A stretch of DNA of 64,000 bases from Nitrospirota bacterium. Lineage in GTDB: Bacteria > Nitrospirota > UBA9217. A program made the translations under genes and the position numbers. Below are positions 7,541 through 17,877 of this stretch, piece after piece (position 1 is the first letter of the stretch; every line of letters begins with the position of its first letter). The stretch spans positions 1 through 64,000 of the forward strand of contig CAVVOB010000038.1 in assembly GCA_963749655.1 (NCBI GenBank), written 5' to 3'. Below the pieces are notes generated by a model, which had not been told where the DNA came from, made no database searches, and saw only the letters and a list, made by a program, of their open reading frames with translations.

Positions 7541-9277
7541 ATGATATTAAATCAGACATCACAAATTGCATTACCCGGTATGGACCGACTTCAGGCTGCT
7601 GTAGAACAGTTAGCTACTGCAGGAGTTGAAGAGCGGGGTGCTGTGTTTACACGACGCGAGGTAGTCGAGTTCATACTGGATATGACCGGCTATTCGACTA
7701 CTGTTGCACTTAGTAAAAGACATTTGCTGGAACCGTCGTTCGGTGAAGGCGCTTTTCTTTTGGTAGTGGTTGAGCGACTGCTTGATTCGTATCAGGCAAA
7801 GACTCCCTCGAATGCTAATGTCGTAGACGATCTTAAAGACTCCATCCGTGCAATTGAGCTGCACAATAAAAGTTTTATTGAAACTCGTTTTAAACTAAGG
7901 AGCTTGCTCAGAGAGAAGGATTTAAAAAGCGACGCAATTGAAAAATTACTCGATGCTTGGCTAATTCAAGGCGATTATCTTCTTGCTGATTTCCCATTTA
8001 AGTTCTCGCATATCGTTGGTAATCCACCTTATGTTCGTCAGGAGATGATACCTGATGTTTTGCTCGCTGAATATAGGCGACGTTTTGACACACTTTATGA
8101 CCGGGCCGATCTCTATGTCCCATTCATTGAAAAATCACTGACACTGCTAGAGCCGAAGGGCTCGGTTGGATTTATCTGCTCTGATCGCTGGATGAAAAAC
8201 AAATACGGTGGTCCACTTCGTAAGATGGTATCGAAAAGCTATCATCTTAAATACTATGTTGATATGGTGGATACAGATGCCTTTCATTCAGATGTGAGCG
8301 CGTATACGGCGATTACAGTAATTTCGAATGAACCTGCTTCGGCAACGCGTCTCACTCATCGGCCGCAAGTTGATAAAGATACGCTCGCTAAGATTGCTTC
8401 TGACATGTGTGCCCGATCATTAAAACATAACAGTGCGGTGCATGAAGTGTCCGGCATCATGCATGGCAACGAGCCGTGGATTCTTGAGTCCTTTGACGAG
8501 CTTGCCATTTTACGGCGCATTGAGACAGCTTTCCCCATGCTGGAAGAGGCAGGGTGCAATGTCGGCATTGGTGTGGCGACAGGCGCAGATAAAGTCTATG
8601 TAGCTCCCTATGACGATCTTGACGTGGAAAAAGACCGTAAGCTGCCGCTGGTCATGACAAAAGATATTCGGGCCGGGAATGTGGAATGGCGGGGGATGGG
8701 CGTTATCAATCCCTTTGACGATGACGGCAAACTGGTGAACTTGAAGAAGTTTCCGAAGCTCGCGGTGTACTTAAAGAAACATAAAGATGTGATTTGCAAG
8801 CGCAATGTGGCTAAACGGAATAGCGAACGGTGGTTCCGAACGATTGACAGGATATATCCAAGTCTTACACGTACGCCAAAGCTCCTTATTCCGGATATCA
8901 AAGGCAGTGCGCACATCGTCTACGAAGAGGGCAAATATTATCCTCATCATAACCTCTATTTCATCACGTCTGACATGTGGGATTTGAAAGCGCTTCAGGC
9001 GGTGCTCCTCTCTGATATCACCCGTCTTTTTATCACAACCTATTCCACAAAGATGCGCGGCGGATATCTGCGATTCCAAGCTCAGTACCTGAGGCGAATT
9101 CATATCCCGTTGTGGAGTGATGTGCCTGAAAAAGCCAGGAAGGCGCTCAGGGCTGCAGCGGCAAAAAGGGATATCGCGATGTGCAACGCCATTGTTTTTG
9201 AACTTTACAAATTAACGCCCGAGGAGCGAAGAATCCTTGGAGAAGTCGACGATAAGGGAGTGGATGATGCCGCTTGA
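7541..9277 (+). CDS. Type II N6-adenine DNA methyltransferase, PaeR7I/XhoI-like
   Basis: [15 protein letters not shown] (motif I), GNPPY (motif IV), TaqI-like C-terminal TRD ([17 protein letters not shown]). Lower GC than the flanks. Confidence 0.92.
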   Translation: MILNQTSQIALPGMDRLQAAVEQLATAGVEERGAVFTRREVVEFILDMTGYSTTVALSKRHLLEPSFGEGAFLLVVVERLLDSYQAKTPSNANVVDDLKDSIRAIELHNKSFIETRFKLRSLLREKDLKSDAIEKLLDAWLIQGDYLLADFPFKFSHIVGNPPYVRQEMIPDVLLAEYRRRFDTLYDRADLYVPFIEKSLTLLEPKGSVGFICSDRWMKNKYGGPLRKMVSKSYHLKYYVDMVDTDAFHSDVSAYTAITVISNEPASATRLTHRPQVDKDTLAKIASDMCARSLKHNSAVHEVSGIMHGNEPWILESFDELAILRRIETAFPMLEEAGCNVGIGVATGADKVYVAPYDDLDVEKDRKLPLVMTKDIRAGNVEWRGMGVINPFDDDGKLVNLKKFPKLAVYLKKHKDVICKRNVAKRNSERWFRTIDRIYPSLTRTPKLLIPDIKGSAHIVYEEGKYYPHHNLYFITSDMWDLKALQAVLLSDITRLFITTYSTKMRGGYLRFQAQYLRRIHIPLWSDVPEKARKALRAAAAKRDIAMCNAIVFELYKLTPEERRILGEVDDKGVDDAA

Positions 9278-10001
9278 TCTAGCTGATTATGACACCAAAG
9301 CCCGTTCCGCTGTAAGGAAGTTCTGGACCCGTAGGAATAAGGCTGCTAAGAAGCAACGGGCTGGAGGCAAGGTCGATCAGGGCGAGAGAAGTGCAGTTAC
9401 CGCCGGCGGCAACATGAATGGTTTTATAGATCTCGTCATCGACGTGGTCCGTGCCAATGGTTTATCTGATGCTGAAATAAAACTTCAGCGGAGGTTGCTG
9501 ACGCTTCCTGGTTTCTTCCGACCTACTAAATTGTGGGACATGATCGTTATGCATCAGGGTAAGCTTGTTGCGGCAATCGAATTCAAATCCCAGGTCGGAC
9601 CGTCGTTCGGCAACAATGCCAATAACCGATGTGAAGAAGCGCTCGGGACCGCTGCGGATTTCCGAACAGCCTTTCGCGAGGGGGCTTTTGGAAAGTCGAA
9701 GAAACCCTTTGTCGGGTACCTGATTCTTCTGGAAGACGCTTCCGCTTCCCGCACACCGGTTAAGGATTTTTCTCCAAACTTCCCCATTTTCCCTGAATTT
9801 CAGAACGCAACCTATGCCGATCGCTATAAGATTCTGTGCGAGAAACTGATGTCCGAGGAGCTTTACAGCGCAGCGTCTGTCATTCTCTCTCCCCGGAGTG
9901 CTTCCCGATCCGGCGCATTCTCTGAGTTGAGCGAAGAAACAGGGCTCAAATCATTCGTAACGACATTAGCTGGTTATATTGCCGCGACAGCGGCGATGTG
10001 A
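9267..10001 (+). CDS. PaeR7I/XhoI family restriction endonuclease (family recognises CTCGAG)
   Basis: [44 protein letters not shown] motifs; overlaps the MTase. Confidence 0.9.
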   Translation: MPLDLADYDTKARSAVRKFWTRRNKAAKKQRAGGKVDQGERSAVTAGGNMNGFIDLVIDVVRANGLSDAEIKLQRRLLTLPGFFRPTKLWDMIVMHQGKLVAAIEFKSQVGPSFGNNANNRCEEALGTAADFRTAFREGAFGKSKKPFVGYLILLEDASASRTPVKDFSPNFPIFPEFQNATYADRYKILCEKLMSEELYSAASVILSPRSASRSGAFSELSEETGLKSFVTTLAGYIAATAAM

Positions 10002-10117
10002 TGAACGGCCTTCGGATTCGAACGATTTGAAGCAGACACCCTTCCGAACATTCCCCGTCTTTCCTTTTCTTCAAAAGCAGGAGCAGAACAGCGCCCTCAA
10101 TCTCCTTTATCAATCGT

Positions 10118-10251
10118 GAAGGTCTCGTAAAAAGTAGGCTTTTATGCTTTTTTTACATCATTTCGGCTTGTCCGGAATCTCTTTTTCCAATTGCGATACG
10201 CGTCAACACGACTTCCGGCAAGCGGGAGTGACGACTTTTTGCGAATTCGTC
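10118..10251. mobile_element. MITE-like element with imperfect terminal inverted repeats and an internal REP-like palindrome
   Basis: GAAGGTCTCGTAAAAAGT ... ACTTTTTGCGAATTCGTC; related ends at 60663-60784. Confidence 0.5.
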
Positions 10252-11167
10252 ACTCGTAGAGGGATTTTTCTCCGTTCGGGCGGGTCTTGAACCTGCGGTA
10301 GGTCCACAGGTACTGTTCGGGCATGTCCCTTACCCACGCTTCGATCTCGCGGTTCATCCGGGCGGCGTCTGCAACGGCATCAGCGGTGGGGAAGTTTTCA
10401 AGCGGGGGCAACAGGCGCACTTCGAAGCCTCTGCCGCCAGGCAGGATGCGGGTAATGCAGGGAACCACGGCGGCGTTGGTCGTTTCAGCGATCCGGCTGA
10501 GGGCCGTGATCGTCGCGGCAGGAATGCCGAAGAAGGGGACGAAGACACTGGCCCGTTCGCCCATGTCCTGGTCGGGGAGATAGTAAAAGGGCCGGCCGTC
10601 GCGGATATGGCGGATGATCGGCTTGAGACTTGCCGATCGCTCCACCATAACAGCGCCGAACCGCTCGCGCCGGTGGAAAAGATATTCGAGCAGGGGGTCG
10701 CGCGACTTGCGGTACATGGTGACGTACTTTCTTTCCGCCGAGAGCCTGACCCCTCCCATGTCGAGGCCGATGAAGTGCGGGGCAAGAAGGATGACGTTCT
10801 TGCCGTCGGCATAGACATCCGTAAGGCGGTGATAGTCGCGGATGGTGATGAACCGTTTGAGCCTCCACGCCGGCGCGAACCAGGTCACGCTCAGACTGAG
10901 TATGGCGAAGCCGCTCAACCGGAAATGCCTCCTCACGAGTTGCCCGCGCTCTTTCGGGCTCATGCCGGGGAAGCAGAGCTCTATGTTTCTTATGGCGAAT
11001 CGGCGGTTGGAAGTCGGAAGCCAGGACATTATCGTCCCGAGCGCCGCTCCCATGATCCAGAGGACACGGCCCGGCATCCAGCTCATGATGAGCATCAGCG
11101 CCAGCGCCGGCCAGGCGTACCAGTACCGGGGACGGAGAAAGGTTTTAAGGGACGGTTGTGACGACAT
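10250..11167 (-). CDS. lpxL: Lipid A biosynthesis lauroyl acyltransferase (LpxL/HtrB family)
   Basis: HX4D (PHFIGLD), YLPDQD, VPFFG, PEQYLW.YRRFKTRP. Confidence 0.9.
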   Translation of the reverse strand: MSSQPSLKTFLRPRYWYAWPALALMLIMSWMPGRVLWIMGAALGTIMSWLPTSNRRFAIRNIELCFPGMSPKERGQLVRRHFRLSGFAILSLSVTWFAPAWRLKRFITIRDYHRLTDVYADGKNVILLAPHFIGLDMGGVRLSAERKYVTMYRKSRDPLLEYLFHRRERFGAVMVERSASLKPIIRHIRDGRPFYYLPDQDMGERASVFVPFFGIPAATITALSRIAETTNAAVVPCITRILPGGRGFEVRLLPPLENFPTADAVADAARMNREIEAWVRDMPEQYLWTYRRFKTRPNGEKSLYE

Positions 11168-11177
11168 GTTCTCCTGC

Positions 11178-11270
11178 CGTCATTCCGGGCTTGATCCGGA
11201 ATCCAGGGCATCTTCTCTGAACTCTGGATTTCTGCCGGAGTTATCCCGACCGGTCGGGACCGAAATGACG
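11178..11270. repeat. REP-like composite palindrome
   Basis: CGTCATTCCGGGCTTGATCCGGAATCCAG...CTGGATT...TCCCGACCGGTCGGGA...AATGACG. Confidence 0.7.
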
Positions 11271-11311
11271 AAACCAGTGCGCCCTGTAACTGCAGCAGGG
11301 AATCGCCGCAC

Positions 11312-11345
11312 AAAAAAGCCTGAGAATCTTCCGATCCTCAGGCTT
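11312..11345 (-). terminator. Rho-independent terminator of the rhodanese/RND operon
   Basis: Minus strand AAGCCTGAGGATC-GGAA-GATTCTCAGGCTTTTTT. Confidence 0.75.
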
Positions 11346-11385
11346 GTACTGGTAGGACCCGCTCACGGCGGGTCGATTAGACGCC

Positions 11386-11583
11386 TCAGCCGCCTCCCCA
11401 GGAATGGCCGCCGCCGGTGCTGCAGACCGAGCCGCTGCCGCCTGAAGAAAAGCTGGACACGAGCTTCTTTGCCTTCATCTGATTGCAATAAGGGCAGGTC
11501 GTCTCTTCCGCCTTGGCGCCCATGGACTGAAGAAGCACGAAGTCCTTGCCGCAGGCTTCGCATACATATTCATAGAATGGCAT
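11386..11583 (-). CDS. FmdB family zinc-ribbon protein
   Basis: MPFYEYVCEACG...CPYC...KKLVSSF. Confidence 0.9.
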   Translation of the reverse strand: MPFYEYVCEACGKDFVLLQSMGAKAEETTCPYCNQMKAKKLVSSFSSGGSGSVCSTGGGHSWGGG

Positions 11584-11691
11584 AAAACAACTCCTTTGGA
11601 GAAATTCCCGATAACAAATTAAACTTAAAACTTCAATGGTCTAGAGCCTATAACTTTGTGTTCCCGGGCAGTGAGCTTGTTTATTCAGCAC

Positions 11692-11910
11692 TTACAGCGC
11701 TCTCTCGCGCCGAGACTGAATAACATAATTACTCACGGGGCAAAAACCTGTCAAGGCAAAAATCGTCAGCATGACGCCCACAAAGCCCGTAAAAACGAAC
11801 CACCCAGGGTGCACGAAGTGACCCAGGAGCACGCTGCCCGTCACAAAGATGCCTGCCGTCAGCCGAATGAGCCTTTCGAGATACCACGTTTTCGTATCTG
11901 CTACGTACAT
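11692..11910 (-). CDS. DUF2892 (YgaP-like) membrane protein
   Basis: ERLIRLTAG...FTGFVG...TGFCP; AGGAG RBS. Confidence 0.85.
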   Translation of the reverse strand: MYVADTKTWYLERLIRLTAGIFVTGSVLLGHFVHPGWFVFTGFVGVMLTIFALTGFCPVSNYVIQSRRERAL

Positions 11911-11943
11911 TTTTTCTCCTTTACGGCCGTTTGATTCCGTTAA

Positions 11944-12000
11944 AAGTGAAAGGTGAGAAGTGAGGTCAGTTACTTTCGTTTCACGTTTCACCTCTCACGT
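11944..12000. repeat. Inverted heptamer array (GTGARAN)n
   Basis: AAGTGAA AGGTGAG AAGTGAG ... TTTCACG TTTCACC TCTCACG. Confidence 0.75.
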
Positions 12001-12043
12001 TATTAAAAAACCTCTTCGGAATCAATCGTTCAAGCCGCTTTCC

Positions 12044-12472
12044 TTACGCGCAGGCGAAGGCTTCAGCCCGTTCTCCGGCAGCGAAGGTCGTATAATCAGG
12101 CGCTACCGTGGCGTCCATGATGGCGTTCCTGCTGACGACGCCGACATACTTGCCGTTGTGAACGACGGCTACCACCGGAGGATTGTTGCTGAGCATCATC
12201 TGGATCAGATCGCGGCAGGTTGCATCCGCATCCACGGTCACCGGGTCCTTCATCATGATCCCTGCAGCGGTTACGGCATCAAGGTTCAAGCCTTCCGTTA
12301 CCGCCTTGAGAATGCCGCACTCGGTCAGAACGCCGACCACCTGCAATGCTTCGTCCACAACCGGCAGACCGGGCAGGCCGTTGGAAATCAACAGGTGCGC
12401 CGCCTCCCTGACCGTGGTGTTCATTCCCGCCTTGATCTTCTTACGCATAATCTGTCTTGCACGAATTGCCAT
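12044..12472 (-). CDS. CBS-pair domain protein
   Basis: GLPVVD...VVGVLTE..IL and YVGVVSR..I repeats. Confidence 0.9.
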   Translation of the reverse strand: MAIRARQIMRKKIKAGMNTTVREAAHLLISNGLPGLPVVDEALQVVGVLTECGILKAVTEGLNLDAVTAAGIMMKDPVTVDADATCRDLIQMMLSNNPPVVAVVHNGKYVGVVSRNAIMDATVAPDYTTFAAGERAEAFACA

Positions 12473-12493
12473 GTTCTTCCTCCTTTGGAATAA

Positions 12494-12570
12494 AGGGTCA
12501 CGGGTCCGGGGGCCGGGGTCCAGGACAAATCCTTACCCTTGACCCTGGCTACTGGACCCTGCGACCCTGC
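12494..12570. repeat. Inverted heptamer array (GGGTCNG)n
   Basis: AGGGTCA CGGGTCC GGGGGCC GGGGTCC ... TGACCCT GGCTACT GGACCCT GCGACCCT. Confidence 0.75.
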
Positions 12571-12573
12571 TTT

Positions 12574-13315
12574 TTAGAATCTTTCCCACTGCTTTGTGTC
12601 AGGATTAAAGGCCTCGCTGAAGGCCGTGACCTCCTGCTGCAGCCCCGACGTCGTAGCCCTCGTTCAGCCCGACATTGACGAGCATCTTGATCGAGCGGAG
12701 CGAACTCAAGCTGTTCCCGGCGATGCGGAGAGCAAGTTTATTCGCCTCTTCGTCGAGCGTCTCGGTCGGAACGACCTTGTTCACCAGCCCGATGCGGAGC
12801 GCCTCTTCGGCATCAACGGTCCGGCCGGTGAACAGCAGTTCCTTTGCCCTGCCGATGCCGACGGTCTTGGCGAGCCGCTGTGACGACCCGAAGATGGGCG
12901 GCACGCCGAACTGCGCTTCGGGAAACGAAAAGACCGTGTCCGCTGCCGCGATCCTGATGTCCGCGGCAAGCGCAAGCCCCAGACCGGCGCCCGTGGTCTC
13001 TCCTTTGACCGCGGCGATCACCGGGACTGGCAGGTTCTCGATGTGTTTGAGCAGGTTGTAGCCCACCTCGGCAAAATGGCCTGCTTCGTCCTTGGTCATT
13101 TTGACAAAGCCTGCATAATCGATCCCGGCGGAGAAGTTCCTGCCCCGGGAAGCGATCAGGACCACGCGAAGGTCTGCCTGGGCAGCGTACACTTCGCTCA
13201 CGGTCTTGTTCAGCCTCGCCAGGACCTCCTTGTCCAGATAATTGACCGGCGGGTTGTCGATCGTGACCGTGCTGATCCAGTCCTTGCATTCTATGCTGAC
13301 GCATGTGTTTGACAT
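12574..13315 (-). CDS. Enoyl-CoA hydratase/isomerase (crotonase) family protein; C-terminal frameshift
   Basis: FSAGID, PVIAAV.G...GAG..LALAADIR, PEAQFG, AEEALRIGLVNKVV. Confidence 0.9.
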
Positions 13316-13330
13316 GACGACCTCCGTTCA

Positions 13331-13415
13331 ATTGCGGATTGCGGAGTGCGGAGTGCGGAATGCTAATCTCTCAGATTGGGTGACATTCCGCACTCCGCAT
13401 TCCGCACTCCGCACT
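13331..13415. repeat. Near-perfect inverted (GAGTGCG)n array, no cargo
   Basis: ATTGCG GATTGCG GAGTGCG GAGTGCG GAATG - 21 nt - CATTC CGCACTC CGCATTC CGCACTC CGCACT. Confidence 0.9.
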
Positions 13416-13418
13416 AGT

Positions 13419-16400
13419 TTACGCCGCTTCCCAATGCTTCTTTTCCACCATATAGTAGAACAGCGGGACCACCACCAGGGTCAGCGCCGTCGACGCCAGC
13501 ATGCCGAAGATGAGCGCCAGGGCCAGGCCCGACCAGACCGGGTCGGTCACGATCACGGCGGAGCCGAGGATCGCGGCCGCGGCGGTGAGCACGATCGGCC
13601 GTGAAGCGGATGGCGCCTGCTTCGATCAGCGCCTGCTCCAGCGGCAGGCCTTCCTGCTTCTTGTCCAGGATGAACTCCAGCAGCACGATGGAGTTCCTGA
13701 CCACGATGCCCGCCAGGGCGATCACGCCGATCATGGACGTGGCGCTGAAGTACACGCCCGTCATGGCAAAGCCCGGCATGATGCCGATCATCGAGAGCGG
13801 GATCGACGCCATGATGACCAGCGGGATGGTGAAGGACCGGAACCTGCCGACGAGCAGCAGATAGATCGCGATCAGGGCCACGCCCATGGCCGCGCCCAGG
13901 TCGCGGAACACGTCAAGGGTCAGCTTCATCTCGCCGTCCCACTTGACCGTATACCCTTCCGGAAGCGGGTGCTTCCAGAGATACCGCATCATATCGATCA
14001 CGGCATAGACCTGGCTCCGGTCCCCCATCTCGCCGTACACGTAGGTCACGGGCTCGAGGTTCTTGTGATACACGGCCTTGTCCATTTCCGACGGCACGAT
14101 CGTGACGAGCGACGAAAGCGGAACCTGGCTGCCCTGCGGGCTGGAAAGGAAGACCTTGTCCATGTCCGAGAGGCCGGTGCGGTCGCTCTTCGACAGCCGG
14201 AGCATGATCGCAACCGGATTCTTGGCCGACGGGACGTGCAGGGTCGATACCGCCATGCCGGCGACGGAGATCCGCAGGGTCTGGACGATCTGCTCCGTCG
14301 AGATGCCCATGAGCGCGGCCTTTTCCTTGTCCACGATGAGCTGGTACTTGTCCTGCTTCTCCTTGACGCTGTCGTCGATGTCCACGACCTCGTCGGTCTT
14401 CGCAAAGAGCGCCCTGATGTCTCCGGCGATCTCGCGCTGTTTGTTGTAATCAGGCCCGTAGATCTCGGCCACCACCGTGGCGCGGACCGGAGGCCCGGGC
14501 GGGTCCTCCACGAGCTTGATGTTCGCGCCGTATTCCTGGCCCAGCTTGTCAAGGTCGGGCCTGATCGCGAGCACCAGCTTTTCGCTCGTGATCTTGCGTT
14601 CTTCCTTGTCGATCAGGTTCACGCGGATGTCGGCAAAGTGGCTTGCCTCGCGGAATGCGCCGCCGCGGAGCAGTCCGTTAAAGTCCATGACCGAACCGGT
14701 GCCCACAAAGGTCTCGTAGTCTTTGACCTCGGGAATGCGCCGGAGGTAATCGCCGACTGCGCGCGCGACGCGGTCCGTGTTCTCGATCACCGTGCCGGCG
14801 GGCATGTCGATGGACACGAGAAAGGTGTTCTTGTTCGCCTTGGGCAGCATGCGGAACTTCACCAGCTGGAACAGGGGAAAGCTCATGGTGACGAGAAAGA
14901 CCGCCATGATGGCCGCAGCAAGATCCTGCGCCGCGTCGTATCAGCAAGGAGCGGCCCCAGGATGCTTTTATAGATGCGGTAGATCTTCGTCTCCTCGAGC
15001 GACGGCGGATTTCCGTCGTGATGGTCCGCTTTCATCAAACGGTAGCTCGCCCAGGGCGTCACCACGAAGGCGACGAGGAGCGAGATGATCATCGCCACGG
15101 GCACGTTGAAGGGGATCGGCATCATGTAGGGCCCCATCATTCCGGTCACAAAGGCCATGGGAATGAAAGCCAGCACCACGGTCAGGGTCGCCAGGATCGT
15201 GGGCATGCCGATCTCGTTCACCGCCAGGATCGCGCCCTGGAGCCGCGAGTGCTGCTGCAGCTTGTAGTGGCGGTGGATGTTCTCGACCACCACGATGGCG
15301 TCATCCACGAGAAGGCCGAGGGACAGGATGAGCGCAAAGAGCGTGATCCGGTTGATGGTCTGGCCCGCCACCATGCCGACGGCCAGGGTGATGAAGAGCG
15401 TGAGCGGGATGGCCAGCGCCACGATGGCGGCCTCGCGCCAGCCCAGGGTGACGAGCAGCAGCACGATCACGACGATGATCGAGACCACGAGGTGGAACAC
15501 GAGTTCGTTCACCGCATCGTTGGCGGTCTTGCCGTCGTTCCGCGTGACCGTAACGTCGATGCCCGGGGGGATCTGCGTTTTTTTCAGTTCGTCGAGCTTT
15601 GCCAGGATCTGGTTCGAAATTTTTACTGCGTTCAGCTTCTGCCGTTTTGCCAGGGCCACGGTCACGGCAGGCCGTTCGACTGTTGAAGCGTCACTTCCCG
15701 TTGCCACAGCACCGCTGTGAACATGGTGCGCGCCGAACGCGATGCGCGTGAGCTTGACCGTTTCTTCGAACCCGTCGGTCACGTCGGCCACGTCGCCGAG
15801 ATAGACGGGTTTGTTGTTCGATACGCCCACGACGGCGTTCTTCACGTCAGCGGCTTTCTCGAAGAACCCGCCGGTTTCGAGGGCCAGCTTCTTGCTGCCC
15901 TGGTCGAGGTCGCCGGAGAGCAGATTCGCGTTCGACACGTTGATAGCGCCGGCGATCTGGAGCGGCGATAGTCCGTAGCCCGCGACCTTGAGCGGATCGA
16001 GGGTCACGCGCACCTGGCGGCTCCTGCCGCCGATCACGGCGGTGTTGCCCACGCCCGGCACCTTCCGGAGTTCGTCGAGCACATGGTCGGCCACGAGCCG
16101 GAGCCGGGCATCGTCATAGCTCCCCGTTGAAGCGTTGGAGAGCGTGATCGCCACGATCGGCACGTCGTCCACGTCGATGGGTTTCACCAGGGGCTGGGAC
16201 GCGCCGGGGGGCGAAAAATCCATGTTGGACATGAGCTTGTCGTAGAGCTTCACCATCGACCGCTCTTTGTCCTGGCCCACGTAGAACTTCACCGTGACCA
16301 CGGACATCGAGTTCATCGAGACCGAGTAGACGTCTTCGACGCCCGGGATCTCCCAGAGCTTGGCTTCGAGCTTTTTCGAGACCAGCTCCTCGACCTCCTT

Positions 16401-16583
16401 GGCCGAGGCGCCCGGCAGCATGACCATCACGTTCGCCGCGGGCACCGTTATCTGGGGGTTCTCTTCGCGCGGCGTGAAGCAGAGCGCGAAGAGCCCGAGG
16501 ATCGCCGTCGCCGCCATGAGCAGCACGGTGAGCTGGGAGTTGATGAAGTATTGCGTTATCTTGCCGCTGATGTTGAGTTTCAT
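13419..16583 (-). CDS. RND efflux permease (AcrB/AcrD/AcrF family), two apparent frameshifts
   Basis: PREENPQI, GLLVDDAIVVVEN, LAGIVVRNSIVL motifs across ORFs 14883-16583 and 13414-14907. Confidence 0.92.
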
Positions 16584-16599
16584 GAGTCATACCGTTCTG

Positions 16600-17826
16600 T
16601 CAGCATGATAACGAGAGTAAGCGGAGTGAAAGCTGTGAGGAGTAACGGTGTACAAAATCCAGTGTCCTTAACCCATTCGCTTCCGAACTCCGATGAACCC
16701 GAGGTCTTACTCCTGATCGGTATCCGCATTCCGCATTTATTTGCGCTACGACTTTTCTTCCGTCAAGCTTCGCGTCCTGTTTGCTCACGATCACCCTGTC
16801 GCCGGCCTTCAGCCCCGTAACGGCTTCGATGCTGTCGCCAAAGGCATCGCCGAGCTCGATCATCTGAAACACGGCATTTCCGTCGGCAGAGACGATGTAG
16901 ACGCCGGTGATGCCCGACAGCATGACCATCGCCGTTTTCGGAACCAGGATGGCATCACGGGTGCCGGTGCTGAAGAATGCCTTGCCGTACATGCCGGTGA
17001 TCAGGTCTTTTTCGGCCGGGATGTCGATCTTGACGATGAACGAATGGGTCCTGATGTCGGAAGCGGGAACTACCTGCGCCACCCGCGCCTTGATCTCCTT
17101 GCCGGGAAGGGCGTCGATCGTCACGGTCACGGTTTTGCCCGGCTGGATAAACCGGAGGTCCTGCTCCTTTACGGTCATTTCGAGCCTCAGGTTCCTGTTG
17201 TCCTCGATCTTGAGGATCGGCTGGCCCGGCATCGCCATCTCGCCCAGGTTGATGTGCTTCTCCACGATCTGGCCGGTGATCGGCGCATTGATCGTGGTAT
17301 AGCTCTCCATGGCTTTTGCGGCGTTCAGTCCGGCTTTTGCCGACTCGAATCCCAGCGTCGCCTGGTCCATCTCCATCTGCGTGGCCGCCTTCTCGTCAAA
17401 GAGCGTCTTGATGCGGTCATACTGGAGCTTGGCGTTGTTGTACGCCGCCTGGGCCTGGTAGGCCTGGGCGCTGATCTCGCCGCTCTCGATCCTGAGAAGC
17501 AGCTTGCCCTCTGCCACGTGGTCGCCCTCGTTCACCGTCAGCGCCACGACCTTGCCCATGACCTTGCTCGACAGCACCGAAGTGTTCCGGGAGTTCAGCG
17601 TCCCGGCGGCAGACACGACTGCTTCGATGGTCCTTGGTTCGATGGAGATTGCCGAAACCTGCACCGGCGCCTGCGTTTCCGTCTTCGGTGCGTTCGCAAA
17701 GCTGTCCTGATTTCCGAAAAAAATGTATCCCGCCGCCAGGACCGCAAGCGACGCCGCGATCGAAGCGCTGTAAATGATCTTCTTATCCAATGATTTTATT
17801 TTCGTCTGTATAGTCCTGATGTCCAT
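16600..17826 (-). CDS. RND periplasmic adaptor (membrane fusion protein)
   Basis: N-terminal TM, lipoyl-like V.EGD.V..G..L, TINAPITG; C-terminal tail runs through repeat DNA. Confidence 0.9.
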   Translation of the reverse strand: MDIRTIQTKIKSLDKKIIYSASIAASLAVLAAGYIFFGNQDSFANAPKTETQAPVQVSAISIEPRTIEAVVSAAGTLNSRNTSVLSSKVMGKVVALTVNEGDHVAEGKLLLRIESGEISAQAYQAQAAYNNAKLQYDRIKTLFDEKAATQMEMDQATLGFESAKAGLNAAKAMESYTTINAPITGQIVEKHINLGEMAMPGQPILKIEDNRNLRLEMTVKEQDLRFIQPGKTVTVTIDALPGKEIKARVAQVVPASDIRTHSFIVKIDIPAEKDLITGMYGKAFFSTGTRDAILVPKTAMVMLSGITGVYIVSADGNAVFQMIELGDAFGDSIEAVTGLKAGDRVIVSKQDAKLDGRKVVAQINAECGYRSGVRPRVHRSSEANGLRTLDFVHRYSSQLSLRLLSLSC

Positions 17827-17877
17827 TGTGTTCTCCTTATTCATTCCGCAATTCGCAATCGGCAATTCGAAATTGAT

